A stretch of 64,000 bases of DNA from Mobula hypostoma (lineage: Eukaryota): the NCBI RefSeq assembly GCF_963921235.1, contig NC_086108.1, forward strand, positions 56,546,001 through 56,610,000. Direction: 5' to 3'. Positions 39,961 to 52,820 of this stretch are shown one piece after another. Both the position numbers and the translations under genes were made by a program. Below the pieces are notes generated by a model. It worked only from the letters and a program-made list of their open reading frames with translations, was not told where the DNA came from and did no database searches. Each line of letters begins with the position of its first letter. Positions within the stretch are counted from its first letter, which is position 1.

Positions 39961-41701
39961 CTTTCTCAATCTGTATCAAAGCCTGCCAGTTTTGCTGAAG
40001 ATTATCCGCATATATAATTGTCTCTTTCCCTACCAATATTGCCTGATCTCCTCGGCATTTCCCACAGCTTTGACCTGCCTTTCTCTGTTTCTATATTTTT
40101 TTTGTTTTCTTACTGTAACTATCCTCGTTAACTTACCAATCAGGTTTTGTTGACACCTGAACACCTTGATTACCTTGGCCTTATACTGTCAGACATATTT
40201 TTTCCAATTTTCCCATTTCTAAAAACGGGTCTTTGAAACGATGGGTTAATTATATGCTGTCTTACCAGCTCAATGCCTGCTGCATTTTCTGTTTTATTTC
40301 AGATCTCCAGCATCTGCTGGTGTTTAATTTTCTTTAGTTCATCAACATGGAATGTTTATGGGGTGATTTTCTTTCAATCCATCCTCCACACTGTTTCTGC
40401 TCATTTTGATTTTCCAACCTGTATGATGATTATATTGCTTTTGTAACACTTTTCTCATTTCCTGTTTTATGCAATGCCCTATGTTACTAAGACCATTGGG
40501 AGGACCTACAGACAAATCTCAAAAATGTTTTCTGTCCTTTGCTGTTTCTTAGCTCTACCCAAATTGGCTCTTCTCATTTCAGGAACTACTGTATTGAATG
40601 TGGGGGCATACTAATAAGAAACCTTCTCCATGTTAATGCATATATTATGAACAACATTTCAAAGTCATCTCTGAAAACATTAGGAAAGAACCTAAATCTT
40701 CTGAATTACTAAAACTGATTGGGTCTCTGATGAGAACAAGGATGTAATGATTTGTGATTTTTCATGCCCATCTATCCAGTTCCCTCCAGATGGGTTGAAT
40801 TTCAATAGGGGAAACACTGAAGAATAAAGATTATGTCAGTAGTTTACCAAAGCACACCAGATCTTAAAGCGTTAAAGAAAGTTGAAGATATAGGCATAAT
40901 ATCAGCAGGTTGTCAAAGGGAGAAGACAACTAAGCTTGATCTTAACATTATAGCATCAGCCTGCAGTGGTTTTAGGCAAGTGTCTTAGGACACTGTATTT
41001 GATTCTTATTTGTCCCACACCTCTGGAGATTTGAAGTGTTCTTCCTAACCAGAGCGACAGGGGGAGCAGCCAGTTCTGTACAGAATATGTGACCTTTCTG
41101 TATGATGCACCTTCTGTTAAAGAAAACATTTAAAATATTCAAGGTAACAGCCATAATCAGTGGTTAGCTCTTTTGCCTTGGAGTCTGAAGGTTTTTGGTT
41201 TATGTCCCGGCCTAGAGGCTGTAGCATAAAGTTTATGCTGAAATGCCAAAGGCATGTTGTTAGAAATGGCTGTTTTCTGGAGCGATATTGAACTAAGAGC
41301 TGAGGAAAAACTTAACTCTACATAGCAGCAAGAAATGCTTTTGAGAGTATCAGCCGCTGGTTACATATTTGTACTGTGGAACTGAGAGGAATGTATTGTA
41401 GAACTAGTGGCTGATATCCTTACAAGTTTTGCGTGCTACCAACGCAGGTCAACCTCATGCTCTACCCCATTCACTAATATCTGCTAACCTCGGGCATACC
41501 ATCAGGTCTTTCATGGGCATTTAAAAGTCTCATGACACTATGTTAAAGCAAAACAGAGGGATTATCCCCAATGTTTTGGGTGATAATTATTCCTCATAAT
41601 AATTTCATTGTCTATGAATTAAAATATTCTTACATAAAGCTCAATTGTCTTACACCTTCTTTACTCATAGCTAAACAATATATTTCAGAAATCATTGTTA
41701 C

Positions 41702-42870
41702 CTGCATCAGCCTTTGGTACATTGGAAGGACTAGGTTCAATTTTTTTTAAGAGACACTGTTTCAGAAGGCAACTTTTCTTCATCTAACTTTGGATTTACT
41801 TCTCTAGAAATGCTTAAGTTATCAGTCTGTGTTGGAGATATGTTGTTTACAGGAGATTGAGTGGTACCAGCTGATGTGATTGAAGGTTGAAACTCCAATG
41901 CTTCCTTCATCTCCTTTTCTTCCATTGATTGTTTATTCTCTGATTTTTCCTCTAAATTCCTGATGATGAGTGAAGCTGGAGGTGATTTTAAGTATGAAGA
42001 GATTGGAGAGTTTTCACGTTTTGGTGCAGGTGTAGTTCCTGATGATTGTGTAACTGTAGGTTTTTGGGCACCTGGATCTGTGGCTATAGATTTTAGTATG
42101 TTGCCATTTGGCTTTTCCTTTGAATTTATGATTGGTGTAAATTTATACTCTGGTTTCGATTCATGATCCTCATGGGCTATGGAACTTAAAGCTTCCATCT
42201 TAGAATGAGAGAATGATAATGCCAATTCTGGAGCTGGAATTGAAGATTCATTATGCAATCCAAATGCAGGACCTTTCTCATTTACATTTTTTTCCTCTGA
42301 ACACTGCAAAGCCTTGGCAGTAAAATGGAAGAAAGGTTTTTTAGTTGTTGCATTTTTGGATGGATTAGTGACACTAATATCTTCCTGCTTTAGTTTTTGC
42401 TCTCCTGCTAAGCCTTTGAAGTTTAAGGCTTCTTTCGCAGTTCTGTTGCAGGATGAAATCATGAGGGCAGTAGTAAGAGGCTTTTGTGGACATACTACAT
42501 CTGCTCTAGTGATAAATTTGCTCACTCCTGGCAAAGGTCTGCTAGATGTAATGCCAATTTGCATTTTGCTGAGTTGGTCACTAATCAGTGTAATTATGTC
42601 CTTTATTGGTTGATTTTTTATGTGCTGTTTTGTCTTCAGAGGTTTAGTTGTCCCATCACCTGCCAATAAATATATTTGTTGATCGTGTGATTTTGTGACT
42701 CTTTTCACAGTTTTTACAGGCAATTCCAGGGACTTGTTAAAAGACTTTATTGTTTCATGTGATTTTGAGCTATTTATAGAACTAATTGAATAAAGATACC
42801 CTGAATCTGTGATTGATTTCACTTGTCGATTCCATGAATGGAGATCAAAAGGGCATGATTCACTTTCAAC
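41702..42870 (-). CDS. Large (1169 nt) exon of the C1orf141-like gene; S/T/P/K-rich low-complexity region, stop at 41737-39 just before the donor
   Basis: Acceptor cctttatttacacag in phase 0 with the 47819 exon; about 377 open codons (VESESCPFDLHSWNRQVKSITD...TVSLKKN); donor GCAG|gtaaca at 41702. Confidence 0.75.
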
Positions 42871-43533
42871 CTGTGTAAATAAAGGAGGAACATAGATTTC
42901 TAGCTCTCATTGGAAAAAATTAAATCAAAAAAATTACTTTTGGATTGCAAGCATTTATTTCCCTCAACCAATATTTTGTTTATGTCAGCTATGCAGAATT
43001 AAGACACAGTGGCCTAGAAATGTGATGGTTTTGTATCTATTTGTTAGCCAGTAGAAAAGCATCTAAACTTGTAAGTCAGGAAGGAAACATATTAATTACA
43101 TGTACTCCACCCCCACCATATTGATAAAGGCAAAAAGTATTTTCAAATCCCCAAATCAAAATATATGTATAGTCAAAGCAATAGGTGAAATTCCTGACTG
43201 TGGCATCATTTGTTTCCAAATTTTTTTTAAACCTGTTAAGCAGAATTTTTATTTCTTCTTAGGAGCCTTTCGCCCTGGTTGTCAGAAAATTAACATGTAG
43301 GCCATATTTGCTGCTGACCTATGTGCTGAGACATTGGCATTGTGAACTTGCTCGTTGATTCTATCCTGATGCTATGTGATGAGGCCTTCAGTGATGGCTG
43401 GTCTTGCGTGTATAAATGAAAGAAGGAAAGAGAGGGCAAGACTACCAACCTCCCCCCCCCCCCCACCCACCATGCAATATTTTGATTGCTGATTAAACCA
43501 TGCAAACTTATCTAAAGAAGCTGCATTCTAATA

Positions 43534-43613
43534 CGAGGTTTCCCAACCTGGGGTCCATGGGCCCCTCAATTAATGGTAGGCATCCATGGCATAAAAAAGG
43601 TTGCGCACCCCTG
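43534..43613. mobile_element. 80-bp hAT (Charlie-like) MITE
   Basis: Perfect 8-bp TSD TTCTAATA (43526-33 / 43614-21); TIRs cgaggtttcccaacc / ggttgcgcacccctg. Confidence 0.85.
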
Positions 43614-43799
43614 TTCTAATACAAATTGGACTTTCCGTACTGAAGTTCCATGATATAGTTTACATTTCAATCCCAATTTCACAGACTGAAAATTGGGATT
43701 CAGTGTCCAACTGCAGTATCTCCTCTATACACGTTCAGCATTCAGGTGTCAAATTGAAAGAGACAGTATTCAGAACTTTCCAGGTCTCAGCTTGTGCAA

Positions 43800-46740
43800 A
43801 ACAGAACATGGAATATAGAACAATAAATTCAGAACAGGCCCTTTGGCCCACAATGTTGTGCTAACCTTTGAACCTACTGCAAAATTAATCTAACCCATCC
43901 CTCCCACAGAGCCCTCCATTTTTAGAACACAGAACAGAGAACATCACAGCATGGTTTAGTCAGCTTTCAACACCACAATGTTGTGCCTTCTTTTTAAAGT
44001 ACTCGTAAGATCAATCTAACTCTTGCCTTCTACATAGACCTCCATTTTTTCTGTCATCCAGGTGCCTGTCTAAGAGTTACTTAAGCACCCCTATTACATC
44101 TGCCTCTACTACCATGCTACAATTCACTGGGTAAGGAACTTACCTCTGACATTCCCCCTATACTTTCCTACAATCACCTTAAAATTATCCCCTCTTTTAT
44201 TTGCCATCTTTACTCTGGGTAAGGAATTTACCTCTGACATTCCCCTTATACTTTTCTACAATCACCTTGAAATTATCTCCTCTTTTATTTGCCATTTTTG
44301 CCCTAGGTAAAGTTTTTGGCTGTCCACTTAATCTATGCCTATTATCATCTTGTACATCTTTATCAAGCCACCTGTCAACCTCTTTTGCTCCAAGGAGAAA
44401 AGCCCTAGCTGACTCAGCCTATCCTCCATAAGGCGTGCTTGCTAATCCATCCTGGTAAATCCCCTGTGTACCCTCTCTGAAGCTTCCACATTCTTCCTAT
44501 AACGAGGCAACTAGAATAGAACACGATACTCCAAGTGTGGTCTAACCAGGCTTTTATAGATCTGGATCATAACATCATGGCTCTTGAACAAAATCGCTCA
44601 ACTAATGAAGGCCACCACACCATATACCTTTTTAACCTCCTTATCAACTTGCATGGCAACTTTGAAGGATCTATGGATGCAGAACCCAAGATCCCTATGT
44701 TCTTCGACACTGTTAAAAATTTTGCCATTAATCCTGTATTCTGCCCTCAAGTTGCACCTTTCAAAGTGAATAACTTTAACCTCTTTCCTGGAATGAACTC
44801 CATCTGCCAATTCTCAGCCTATTTCTGCATACTAATAATGTTCCTTTGTAATGCACGGCAACCTTCTACACTATCCACAAAAGACCACCGACCTTTGTGT
44901 CATCGGCAAACTTACTAACCCATACTTCCACTTCCTCATCCAAGTCATTTATAGAAAATAACAAAGAGCAAGACGATTCTGAATCCATGCAGCTAACTAA
45001 GTTTCCCTGGATCCCATTCCTCCTGACCTTTTGACTGAGCCTGCCATGGGGAACCTTGTCAAACATGCTATTAAAATCCATATACACCACATCAACTGCT
45101 CTGCCTTCATCAATTTGTTTTGTCACTTACGCAAAGAATTCATTTAGGATTGTGAGGCATGACTTGCCCCTCACAAAGCCATGCTGACTATGCTGAAGTG
45201 GGCTATGTTTCACCAAGTGCTCATAAATCCTGCTTCTATGAATCCTCTCCAATAGTTTACCAACCACTGATGTAAAACTCACCAGTCTATAATCCCCAGG
45301 GTTACACCTATCATCTCTCTTGAAGAAAGGAGTGCTATTTGCCAACCTCCAATTTTCCCCAACTACTCCAATGGCCAGTGAGGAAGCAAAAGTTATTGGA
45401 AAAGGTACAGCAGTCTCTTCCCTCACTTCCTGATCTGAGGTGTATCCTATCCAGCCCAGGGAACTTACCTATCCTCATGTTTTTCAAACATTACAGCACA
45501 TCCTCTTTCTTAACATTGACATGTTCCAGCATATCATCCTGTTCTATGTTGACCTCATGTTTGTCAAGGTCCCTCTCACTAGTAAGTACTGAAGCAAATT
45601 ATTCACTAAGGACCTCCCTACCTCTCTGTACTCTAGGCACATATTTCTTCTCTTATTCCTGATTGATCTTATCTTAACATTTTCTATGTTACTCTAGCCA
45701 TCCTCCTATTCTTAAAGTATGTGTAGAATGACCTGAGATTTTCCTTAATCCTACTCGCCAAGGCTCTTTCATGTTCCCTTCTAGCTCTCCTAAGTCCATT
45801 CTTAAGCCAATTCCTGGCTACCTTGTAACTCTCTAGAGCCTTCCCTGATCCTTGCTTCCTATACCTTAAGCCTGCTTCTTTCTTCCTCTTGAGTCGATGT
45901 TCCACATCTCCTATCAACTATGGTTCCTTTACCCTACCATCCTTTCTCTGCCTCAGTGAAACAGACCTATCCAGAACCCTGTGTAATTGGTCCCTAAACA
46001 ACCCCCAAATTTCTGTTACGCAGTTCCATGAGTACACCCATTTCCAAGTTCATGCCTAATAATATCATAATTTGCCCTCCCCCAGTTAAGTACTTTCCTA
46101 TACCATCTGCTTTTACTCTGTCTATGGTAAAGGTCAGGGAGTTGTGGTCATTGTCGTCAAAATGCTCACCAACCAAGAACCCAACCAGGTTCATTGCCTA
46201 GTGCAAATATAGTATGGCCTCTCCTCTAGTTGACTTTTCTACATATTGTCATTGTCTACACATCAAGAATCCTTCCTGGACACACTAAACAACTTTGGCC
46301 CCATCTAAACCTTTTGCCAATCAATATTAGTAAAGCTGAAGTCATCCATGACAGCAACCCTGTTCTTTTTGCACTTTTCCCAAATCTGCCTCCTGATCTG
46401 CAACTCAGTGTCTCTGTTGCTACTGGGGATTCCATAGAATACGCCCAATAGAGTGTTTAATCATTCCTATATCTGAATTCTACCCACTCTGATTCAGTGA
46501 ACAATCCCTCCATGATATCCTTTTTGGCAGATGTGATACTATCTCTGATTAGCAATACCGCTCTTCTCACCTTTTTTACCTCTCTCCCTGTCCCTTTTGA
46601 AACAATTAAACCTTGAAACATCTAGCAGCCATTCCTGCCCCAGGACAGCCAAGCCTATGTAAGGGCCATAACATCATAGTTCCATGTATTGACCCATGAT
46701 CTAAATTCATTTCCTAATACTGTAACATCATAATTCACCC
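43800..46740 (-). mobile_element. Degenerate long CR1 LINE (EN + RT) with stacked 3' ends
   Basis: ORFs 44866..45126 DEGRAVDVVYMDF..FDKVPHGRL..SKFADDTKVGG; 45127..45426 WRLAN.TPFFK..PGDYRLVSFTSVVGKLLE..QHGFVRGKSCLT; 45994 VGEHFDDNDHNSL. Confidence 0.92.
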
Positions 46741-46937
46741 TCTTCCAACAAACCTTTCCTGACCATGATTCCCCTGCCACCTTTCCACTCTCAGTCCACA
46801 ACAGAGACCTATATCAGAATCAGGTATATCATCACTCACATATGTCATGAAATTTGATTTTTTTTGGAGGTAACATATAGTGCAATACATAAAATACTAA
46901 AGAATTGTGCAAAGGTCTTGGACACCCTAGCTATATA

Positions 46938-47480
46938 TGTAATGCCCTGGTTAAGGTTTTTACTGCTGTAGGTATTTCATTTTAGCAGTTCTGAAGAGCA
47001 GTCTACAGTATTCTGCTTTCAGCCTGTTTGGGTTTGAGCTGAGATAAGAGGCTTTGTTGTTCAACTTAGGAATGTGTTGTCAGCTAATCAGGATGGTGGA
47101 ATTGGGAGATGGTTCTGGAGAACACTGCATGTAAAGGTTTTGTGAGGGACACTGGTGTGGGTTGAGGTCTTTTTTGGCAGGAGCAGGGAGAAGACAGGAG
47201 GGAAGGTGGCTGAGGATGCCATCCCTGTTGCACAGGATGCTTTGTGCAGATGAATGACTTCAAGGAGGAAAAACCAATACTCCTGTGGGAGACCTGTCTG
47301 TTCAAGATGGATTTCAAGCGACATTCGGAAAGTGGTGTGTGCTTTCACGCAGACTGAGTGTCCAATTCATGAGTTACAGACAAGTTCAAGTTGAACTCCA
47401 ACTTAAGTGCATATTTGACTGTTTAAAAATAATGCATCTCAGGATTCTCTTTCTTGTACTAACTTTTTTTGCTGTAACAT
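46938..47480. repeat. Possible LTR fragment
   Basis: Begins TGTAATGCCC within a TA run and may end ..GTAACA; no clean TSD. Confidence 0.35.
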
Positions 47481-47818
47481 ATCCAATCCAGTGGGCAGTC
47501 TTACTGAGTTGCATATGCTATGGCAGGGAGAATTGGCTCCAACTATGACTCCTTAATCAACAACCTTAGGCCTAACATTTTTTTTGTCCTCACCTACTGT
47601 TTTGTTCTTGTTGATGCAAATTATCATTGAATGCTGTGATGAGATACTGTAGATATTACTCCATAATTATTTTGTGAACTCCTCTTCAATGCTTATATTA
47701 TGTCTTAGCATGGATTTAATATTGTTAACAATCTGTAAAAAGTGCCCAAATATCTTATAATCTCCAATTCCCTTAGTAGGTAGTGTTAAGCACCAAACTT
47801 AGGTATTACAGCACTCAC

Positions 47819-47996
47819 CTGTGGTGGAAGTTCTTGTTGTGGAGATAAGCTGATGATCTTTATGTTAGGTTTTTTCATTTGATCCTCAATGCTGAGAGGT
47901 ATGAGTGTTGATTCCAAGTCTATATTTTCATTTTCCAATTTTTTCATGAGTTCTTCACACATTTTGGATGGTTTTCTGATGTCAATCAGTCTCTCC
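47819..47996 (-). CDS. C1orf141: C1orf141-like exon with the conserved motif (ERLIDIRKP...TLIPLSIEDQMKKPNIKIISLSPQQELPPQ)
   Basis: Acceptor ttattactttacag, donor CAG|gtgagt. The motif resembles human C1orf141 [22 protein letters not shown] (recalled), and the position and strand relative to SLC35D1 match human. Confidence 0.75.
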
Positions 47997-48119
47997 CTGT
48001 AAAGTAATAAACAGGTTAACAGTTTCACCAAATTTCTCAAATTGTGTTACTTTCTTGAATATGTTTGGTCCTGATCCATTAGGCTTTATACTAAAAAGCC
48101 AAAGGCTTGTTCAGTTGAC

Positions 48120-51100
48120 AGGGATTCCTTTCAGACTGACATGGAAAATATACTGAAGAGTAAGGAAATATGGAGAAATCAAACAAATATTTTATGTGTC
48201 TTCAAGTAAGAAGGGCAAAAAAAGCTCCAGAAATCGTGGGGATGATACATCTAAAGTGAATGAGGATCTCAAAGAGATTAGTGCTTATACAAAGTATCGG
48301 AAAAATTGATGGGATTGAAAACAGTTGGCTGTGGAGAGAGTGAAAGCAGTGTCTGTCATTTTGGTAAATTCCATGCACTCCAAAATGGTTCCCAGAGAGT
48401 AGAAGGTAGCAAATATAACCACACCATTACAGAAAGGAAATAAACCACACACTAGTTAAATTGATTGGGCACTTAGAAAATACTCCCAGGATTGGACAAT
48501 ACAAGCATGGATTTCTGAAAGGAAGTCATATTTGACAAAAGATAATGTGTTGGAGATGGTTTACATAGCTTGGCAGGGATTTAGAACTTGAAAAGAATCA
48601 GAAGGGAGAAGAGCTAAAATGGAAATTAGAAAGGCAAGGAGAAGGCAATCATGCAGGAAATGATAGGGATAACACTAACCTGAGTACATTGGGAAAGAAC
48701 AGAGTGCACACATATGAGTACATGAGAGTACAAATTGAGGACGAGTTCATTGCATACTTCCAGGATGGTTTCCGAGAGCAAGGCACTAAGGAGACAGCCA
48801 GTGGGCAGGCTATTTTGATCTGTTATTATGTAATGAACCAGTGTTAATTGATGATCTTTTAGTAAAGGATCCCCTTGAAAAAGGTGACCATAGCATGGTA
48901 GAATTTCAAAATCAATTTGAAGGTTAGAAATTTCAGTTTAAAATGGTTGCCTGGATTAAGGGCAGTTATATCGATTTGAGTATGGAAATATCCAAAGAGG
49001 ACAAAAATAGAATGAAGAGTAAGATTCAAGGTTCAGGATTGTTTAGTGTTATTTCCTGTATACAAGAGTAAAGGAGAACAAAATAATTGTTACTCCAAAT
49101 CTAATGCAACACAAGAAAAAAAAACACATAAGATAAAGAATCAGAATCAGGTTTAATCTCAACGGTATATGTCATGAAATGTGTTAACTTTGCAGCAGCA
49201 GTACTCCATAATTCACACTACATGATAATATAGAAAAACCGAATTATGGTAAGTATATATGTATATTAAATAGTTAAATTTAATAAGAAGTGCAAAAACA
49301 GAAATAAAAAAGTAGTGAGGTAGTGTTCATGGGTTCAATGTCCATTCAGAAATCAGATGGCAGAGGGGAAGAAGCTGTTTCTGAATTGCTGAGTGTGTGC
49401 CTTCAGGTTTCTGTACCTCCTTCCTGATGGTATCAATGAAGAGAGGGCATGGCCTGGGAGGTGGGGGTGCTTAATGATAGACACCACCTTTTTGAAGCAC
49501 AATCCCTTGAAGATATCTTGGATACTATGGAGGTCAGTGCCTATGATGAAGCTGAGCAATTTTACAACTCGCTGCAGCTTACTTCGATTCTGTGCAGTAG
49601 CCCCCCAACACCTCCACAGTATATCTGTAGAAATTTGTAAAGTACACAATCAGCTCTTTGGTCTTACTGATGTTGTTGAATGCAAAGTTGTTGCTCTGAC
49701 ACCACTCAACTAGCTGGTATATCTCACTCCTGTACACCCTCTTGTCACCATCTGATATTTGCCAACTATGGTTGTATCATCAGCAAATTTATAGATGGCA
49801 TTTGAGCTATGCCTAGCAAAGCATTCACGAGTACAGAGAGAGTAGAGCAGTAGGCTAAGCACACATCCCTGACGCACGCCAGTATTAATTGCCACTAAGG
49901 TGTAGATGATATTACCAATCTGCACAGATGGTGGTTTTCCGTCTAGGAAGGTGGGGATCCAGTTGCAGACGGAGCTACAGAGGCCCAGGTTCTGTAGCTT
50001 TTCAATCAGGCCTGTAGGAATGATGGTTTTAAATGCTGAGCTATAGTCAATAAACAGTATCCTGACACAGGTATTTGTATTGTCCAGGTGATCAAAGACC
50101 ATGTGGAGAGCCATTGAAATTGTGTGCACCATAGACCTATTGTGGCGACAGGCAAATTGCAGTGGGTCCAGATCCTTGGTGAGACAGAAATAGATTCTAG
50201 CCATGACCAACCTCTCAAAGCATTTCATCACCATAGATGTGAGTGCTACTGGACAAGAGTTGTTAAGGCAGCTCACACTACTCTTCTTGGGCACAGGTAT
50301 AATTATTGACCTTTAGAAACAGGTGGGAACTTCAGTCTCTCTTCAATGTCTTCAATCTCTCAATACAATAATAGGAACATAATAATAATCACAATAAATA
50401 TAAAGATGTAAAATTATATATATAGATTGATTGTATATCCATAAAGTGATGGCTCGATATTTTTGAATCCGTTGGTCCTGAGGTGGACGCTACAAAGCCT
50501 CCCTTCTGATGGGAGTGGGACAAACAGTCCATAAACAGGGTGGGTGGGATCCTTCATGATGTCACTGGCCCTTTTCCTGCACCTTTCTGTCCTTGATGGT
50601 GTGTAGGCTGGTGCCAGTGATGCGTTGGGCAGTTTTAGCTACCCATTGCAGAGCCTTCCTGTCTGCCGCAGTGCAGCTTTGTATCAAGCAGTGATGTAGC
50701 ATGTTCGGGTACTCTCTACTGTGCATCTGTAGAGTGCTGTGAATATGGATGTCATTGTCCAGATCACTTCAGCCTCCTCAGAAAGTAGAGCTTGCCTGAC
50801 TGATCAACTGTGAAAGGCATTTCACAAATTCCAGCAAAGGTATATTCTAGTAAGAAAAGCTAATTGAGAAGGATGAACTATCAGATGATATCAAATTGAA
50901 AGAAAAAAAAACTAAGATTAATGGAAAGAGAGAGGGTAGATAAAGCAAACATTGGTCCTTTAAAGACTGCGACTGAGGAATTAATAATGAGAAATAGAGA
51001 AATGGCAGTGATTTTAAAATATTACTTTCAATATCTCAAAATATCCCAACAACGATAGACATCGAGGGATTAGAGGGAAGGAGGAATTTAAAACAATCCT

Positions 51101-51490
51101 TTTCACTAAACTGCAGTGGGCAAAGTAAAAGAGCTAAAGGCTGAGATATCCCTGTATTTGATGGCCTTTGACCTATAGTTTTAAAAGAAATGGCTGTAGG
51201 GATGGTGGTGATATTAGTTGCAAGTTAAATTCTAGAGAGATCTCGACAATTAGAAAATGACCCATCTATGCCATTATTCAGAAAGGGAGATGGAGAACAG
51301 GAAATTATAGTGAATCTTTAGAATTCTCTACCCAAGAGAGAGAAGAAAACTCTGGGAGCTCGGTCACTGAATTTATTCAAAACAGAGATCAAACAATAGT
51401 TTTTTAAGTTATTAGGCAATCATGGGTTTAGTTCAGCAAGGTGGCATCAAAATAAAAGAAAAATTACCCAGACATGAGTTGCTGGCTGGC
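48120..51490 (+). mobile_element. Old CR1 fragments, split at 49020/50800 by nested insertions
   Basis: EN remnants (FQDGF..AILDL.LCNEP..KDPL..DHSMVEF) on the left and RT-proximal remnants on the right. Confidence 0.7.
49140..50335 (-). mobile_element. Rex1/Babar LINE, 5'-truncated RT
   Basis: ORF 49710..50294 CLNNSCPVALTSMVMKCFERLV..DPLQFA..RILFIDYSSAFKTI..QGCVLS..KFADDTTIVG; (TCTGAT)n tail at 49140. Confidence 0.93.
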
Positions 51491-52044
51491 CTGCTCCTCT
51501 CTCTATTTCTTATTTCTCCATCTGTTAATTAGCCATTATACTTGTATACAGTAGGCATGTTTACATCCCATATCCACACCCTCCTTTACAACATCCTGCT
51601 TTTTCAGATTGCCATTAAGCTACATACTCATGGCAGGCGGCCAAGGAGGGAAGAAAGGTTTTATCATATTAAACAAGATGATATCAAAATGACAAGACAC
51701 AGGAAGCAAATCTGAGGATGCAATAGCTGGGCTTAGAATCACCTATTTTAATGACTCCTCTAGAAACTCTGCAGTGGAATGTAGAGGGAAAAACAGGAAC
51801 AGTTTGAGAGGAAGAATGTTAAGTCAAGCAAAACATTCGGGAGAACACATTGTAAGTAAATGTAAAGAACCATCTGCCCTACCTCCAGCATTGCTTACGT
51901 GGTGTTCAGCAGTATAAGTTCAATATATTTACTTGGACAGTTAATATAAGAGAACTACTTCATATGCATCCATGCTAAGCATTGTCTGTTCCAACAAAAA
52001 AGGTGATATAGAGCAAAAGTGGAAGCAGCATTAGTTGACTCTAA

Positions 52045-52270
52045 GACCATAAGACATAGGAGCAGAATTAGGCCATTCAGCCCATTGAGTCTGCTTCATC
52101 ATTCCATCATGGATGACATATTATTTCTTTCAACCCCATTTATCTGCCTTCTCCTCGTAACATTTCACACCCTTACTAATCAAGAACCTATCAACCTCTG
52201 TTTTAAAGATACCTAATGACTTGGCCCCCACAACCATCTGTGACAATGAATTCCACAGATTCACCACACT
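52045..52270 (-). mobile_element. CR1 3' end
   Basis: VVNLWNSLSQ..AKSLGIFKTEVDRFLISKG and tail ctcctatgtcttatggtct. Confidence 0.85.
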
Positions 52271-52593
52271 AATTATCCTAACATTCTGTATAATCCTGGA
52301 AGGCAATTCAGGTTGAAATGTCATCTGACTATTCAACCATAAAGTAAAATACCAAGAACTATTGATAAGGCACACATTAATTAAATGTTGATCTTAACCT
52401 ACCCTCCATACTCCAGTTGAGTGGGTTCTGTTGACTGATGACCATTTATCCCAACCCGGATTTTATTTGGATTTTGAAGCTGCTGTGCAACTAGTTTTCC
52501 AACTTCACCATGAATGCAGTACCTATTTTCCTGGGTATCACCTTTGAAAAAGAGTAAAGCAACACATTTGCAACACATTCACCTTCTACACAG

Positions 52594-52820
52594 CAACATA
52601 CATCAAAGTTGCTGGTGAACGCAGCAGGCCAGGCAGCATCTATAGGAAGAGGCGCAGTCGACGTTTCAGGCCGAGACCCTTCGTCAGGACTAACTGACGA
52701 AGGGTCTCGGCCTGAAACGTCGACTGCGCCTCTTCCTATAGATGCTGCCTGGCCTGCTGCGTTCACCAGCAACTTTGATGTATGTTGCTTGAATTTCCAG
52801 CATCTGCAGAATTCCTGTTG
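52594..52820. mobile_element. Perfect fold-back mini-PLE with hammerhead cores on both strands
   Basis: 95-bp perfect inverted repeat (52593-687 / 52694-788) with a 6-nt loop; 16-bp perfect TSD TTCACCTTCTACACAG (52578-93 / 52821-36). Confidence 0.95.

Noticed and set aside
41150..41620. DeuSINE-like relic (also about 58140-58330)
   Set aside because: Resemblance from memory only and too degraded to delimit without a database search.
51899..51985. 87-nt candidate exon of the C1orf141-like gene (cag...AC|gtaagc)
   Set aside because: Splice sites are plausible, but all three frames contain a stop; kept only as a possible pseudo-exon.
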